This document shows positions 8,366 through 9,893 of a stretch of 9,893 nucleotides of DNA, piece by piece. Made by a program: the position numbers and the translations under genes. How positions within the stretch are numbered: position 1 is the first letter of the stretch; the number at the start of each line of letters is the position of its first letter. The notes beneath the pieces were generated by a model. It saw only the letters and a list, made by a program, of their open reading frames with translations, had not been told where the DNA came from and did no database searches. The stretch comes from Pseudothermotoga sp. (GTDB lineage Bacteria > Thermotogota > Thermotogae > Thermotogales > DSM-5069): assembly GCA_041640575.1 (NCBI GenBank), contig JBEPZZ010000064.1, positions 1 through 9,893 on the forward strand. Direction: 5' to 3'.

Positions 8366-8378
8366 CTAAGGAACGCAA
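8350..8378 (-). promoter_or_regulatory. Candidate sigma70-type promoter for the phosphoesterase-to-helicase genes
   Basis: Minus strand TTGCGT (8378-8373), 17-nt spacer, TATAGT (8355-8350). About 83 nt upstream of the TTG start and overlapped by the 13-bp repeats. Consensus match only. Confidence 0.45.
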
Positions 8379-8502
8379 ATTCGTTAATTTTGTTAATCAA
8401 CAAATCAGACGTAGTGCGTACACTTTGTGCAATACCATCCAAGCGCATCATGACATCATCTTTCAATAGCAAAGCGTTGACTCAATGTCCAGCATGAGTG
8501 GG

Positions 8503-9891
8503 CTAATTAAGTAAATGCTCGATTTCACCTCGATATTCTTCTGTGACGATTAGTTCATCATCTTCAATAAAGATCAACTGATCGCCTAGTAATTCAATAG
8601 CGCGTTCGTTGATACGATCAAGCACAACGTTCAGAAACTCACCATTCAAGATATTCTGAGCAAGATCACTGCGCATCTTCCAATTATTTGTCCGTAAATT
8701 ACGTAGCAGATTAATTGCTACCTTGCTTCCTCTTATGACTTTGGCAACTCCTTCAAATTCAGTTGGCAAATGAACAGGCGTATCTGGAGAACGCTCAGTG
8801 TCTAAAACAACAGGAAGGCGTTCATCAGCTTTTTCTAGGCCGTTTTCAGTCACCAGAGCCTTGTTGGCAGTAATCTCACTTTCTTCGTTTACCTGAAGGC
8901 GATTACGGACAGTATCTGACTCTAAGGTAAGTAATTCAACCTTGGCATAATCAATAACCAAGGGCTTATCTGTGGTAATTGTTATTCTATCCTCTATAGA
9001 TGCATCTGATTGTTTACGGATTTTCTGGTCTTGGACAGGGAAGGCTGAATCTAGAATGGCTATCCATTCCGACGGTAATTCGATGCCTTTTAATGTTCCT
9101 CGATAGTTTTGCTGACGTCTCAATCGGTTTTCGATATATTTCAAAGTCGAGGCCATAGCGTTACGCAGATCACTGGCGTTGAGCCAAGCTGGCACATTGG
9201 CAACAGTGATCATTCCATGCTTTCCTTCATAAATAGCTCCTGTAAATGGATAGCGTTTGATTTGGTGTACATCGACCGGACGGTAATAGTTGAACAAAGT
9301 TTTTCCATGCTTTTGACGGAGATATTTATCAATGATATCTAATCCGCGACGGAGTTCCCGATCTATAACTCCGTTGTTATTATGCTGTTGATAGAATTTA
9401 CTATTTGTGTATTTATGACCGCTGATTAATTCGAGCATATCACTAGATAAGTGCATTAAGTTTGCACTACCATCAGACAATAAAGCTTCTATCAAAAGAT
9501 TCCGATCAGTTAGGTGTCCACCGCGTTTAATGGCATAGGAATACCAGTTCATCGGTGTCTGCGGTAGTCTATAGACAACTATAAAGTCTGCTAACCAGTC
9601 GATAAGGTAGCTATCCAGTTCTGGATGCTTTACTCGATAGCGCCTCCAGATATTTGCTAGATGCTCAAAAGCATCCTCCGCTGAGTCAAACCCAATAAGA
9701 TGTATAACCTCGTAAACGTGCAGAAATATATAACTTAGGTCAGTGGGTAAATAGCTGCTGTGCCTTACTTGTGAGCGCCAGTAAAAATACCATTTGCGTT
9801 GAGCACTATTCATGGACTCATATGTGGGCCAGTATTGCTTAAAAGGCGCTGGGTCAGCCTGTCGTTCAGTCGTATTAACAAATTTTTTCGC
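8503..9891 (-). CDS. sngA: TerB_N + TerB_C domain protein, Shango SngA-like (5'-partial; frame open to the window edge)
   Basis: The frame stays open upstream of the tracked Met at 9813 and reads AKKFVNTTERQADPAPFKQYWPTYESMNSAQRKWYFYWR. The YWPtY...Q...Y..W segment and TDLSYIFLHVYE are typical of TerB_N. C-terminal IDY..V..L..ES..VR.RL and LDRINERAIELLGDQLI are typical of TerB_C. The true start is outside the window. Confidence 0.85.
   Translation of the reverse strand, partial: AKKFVNTTERQADPAPFKQYWPTYESMNSAQRKWYFYWRSQVRHSSYLPTDLSYIFLHVYEVIHLIGFDSAEDAFEHLANIWRRYRVKHPELDSYLIDWLADFIVVYRLPQTPMNWYSYAIKRGGHLTDRNLLIEALLSDGSANLMHLSSDMLELISGHKYTNSKFYQQHNNNGVIDRELRRGLDIIDKYLRQKHGKTLFNYYRPVDVHQIKRYPFTGAIYEGKHGMITVANVPAWLNASDLRNAMASTLKYIENRLRRQQNYRGTLKGIELPSEWIAILDSAFPVQDQKIRKQSDASIEDRITITTDKPLVIDYAKVELLTLESDTVRNRLQVNEESEITANKALVTENGLEKADERLPVVLDTERSPDTPVHLPTEFEGVAKVIRGSKVAINLLRNLRTNNWKMRSDLAQNILNGEFLNVVLDRINERAIELLGDQLIFIEDDELIVTEEYRGEIEHLLN
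8531..8553. repeat. 23-bp perfect direct repeat, copy 2 (cgatattcttctgtgacgattag)
   Basis: Identical to 3974-3996; offset 4557 bp. Confidence 0.95.
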
Positions 9892-9893
9892 CT

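Noticed and set aside
8480..8499. Possible terminator hairpin just after the sngA stop (minus strand actcatgctggacattgagt)
   Set aside because: Short bulged stem with no U-tract; too weak to call.
8267..8502. CRISPR array or ncRNA in the intergenic gap
   Set aside because: Only two 13-bp repeats with a 3-bp spacer; no repeat-spacer pattern or recognisable RNA family.
45..9342. Short ORFs in the track (45-272, 591-791, 677-874, 1393-1653, 1416-1649, 1629-1820, 2261-2467, 3329-3538, 5049-5279, 6488-6817, 7947-8168, 9109-9342)
   Set aside because: Nearly all are antisense or alternate-frame shadows of long motif-bearing genes with no recognisable motifs. 45-272 is mostly intergenic but has no supporting features.
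8503..9891. Tellurite-resistance ter operon
   Set aside because: TerB_N/TerB_C are only domain names here; no terA, terC, terD or terZ genes are present.

Overview
The window holds one co-oriented minus-strand cluster of five genes. In transcription order they are: a TerB_N/TerB_C-type protein (5' end outside the window), an Mre11/SbcD/YhaO-like metallophosphoesterase, a 1098-aa Rad50/SbcC/YhaN-like coiled-coil ABC-ATPase, a DUF2791/BrxD-like P-loop ATPase and an Lhr-like DEAH helicase. Genes 1, 4 and 5 match the three-gene Shango anti-phage system (sngA-sngB-sngC). The unusual part is an Mre11-Rad50-like pair sitting between sngA and sngB. The Rad50-like protein ends in a second, diverged copy of the SngA C-terminal (TerB_C-like) domain, 27/41 aa identical in the core with a perfect 23-bp DNA repeat. 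The phosphoesterase has lost key catalytic motifs (GNHD->GSAD, GHxH->GGEH). This looks like a five-gene Shango variant in which an SMC-like module is linked to the system through a shared domain. Family assignments come from motif recognition by eye, not database searches, and the functional ideas are inference.
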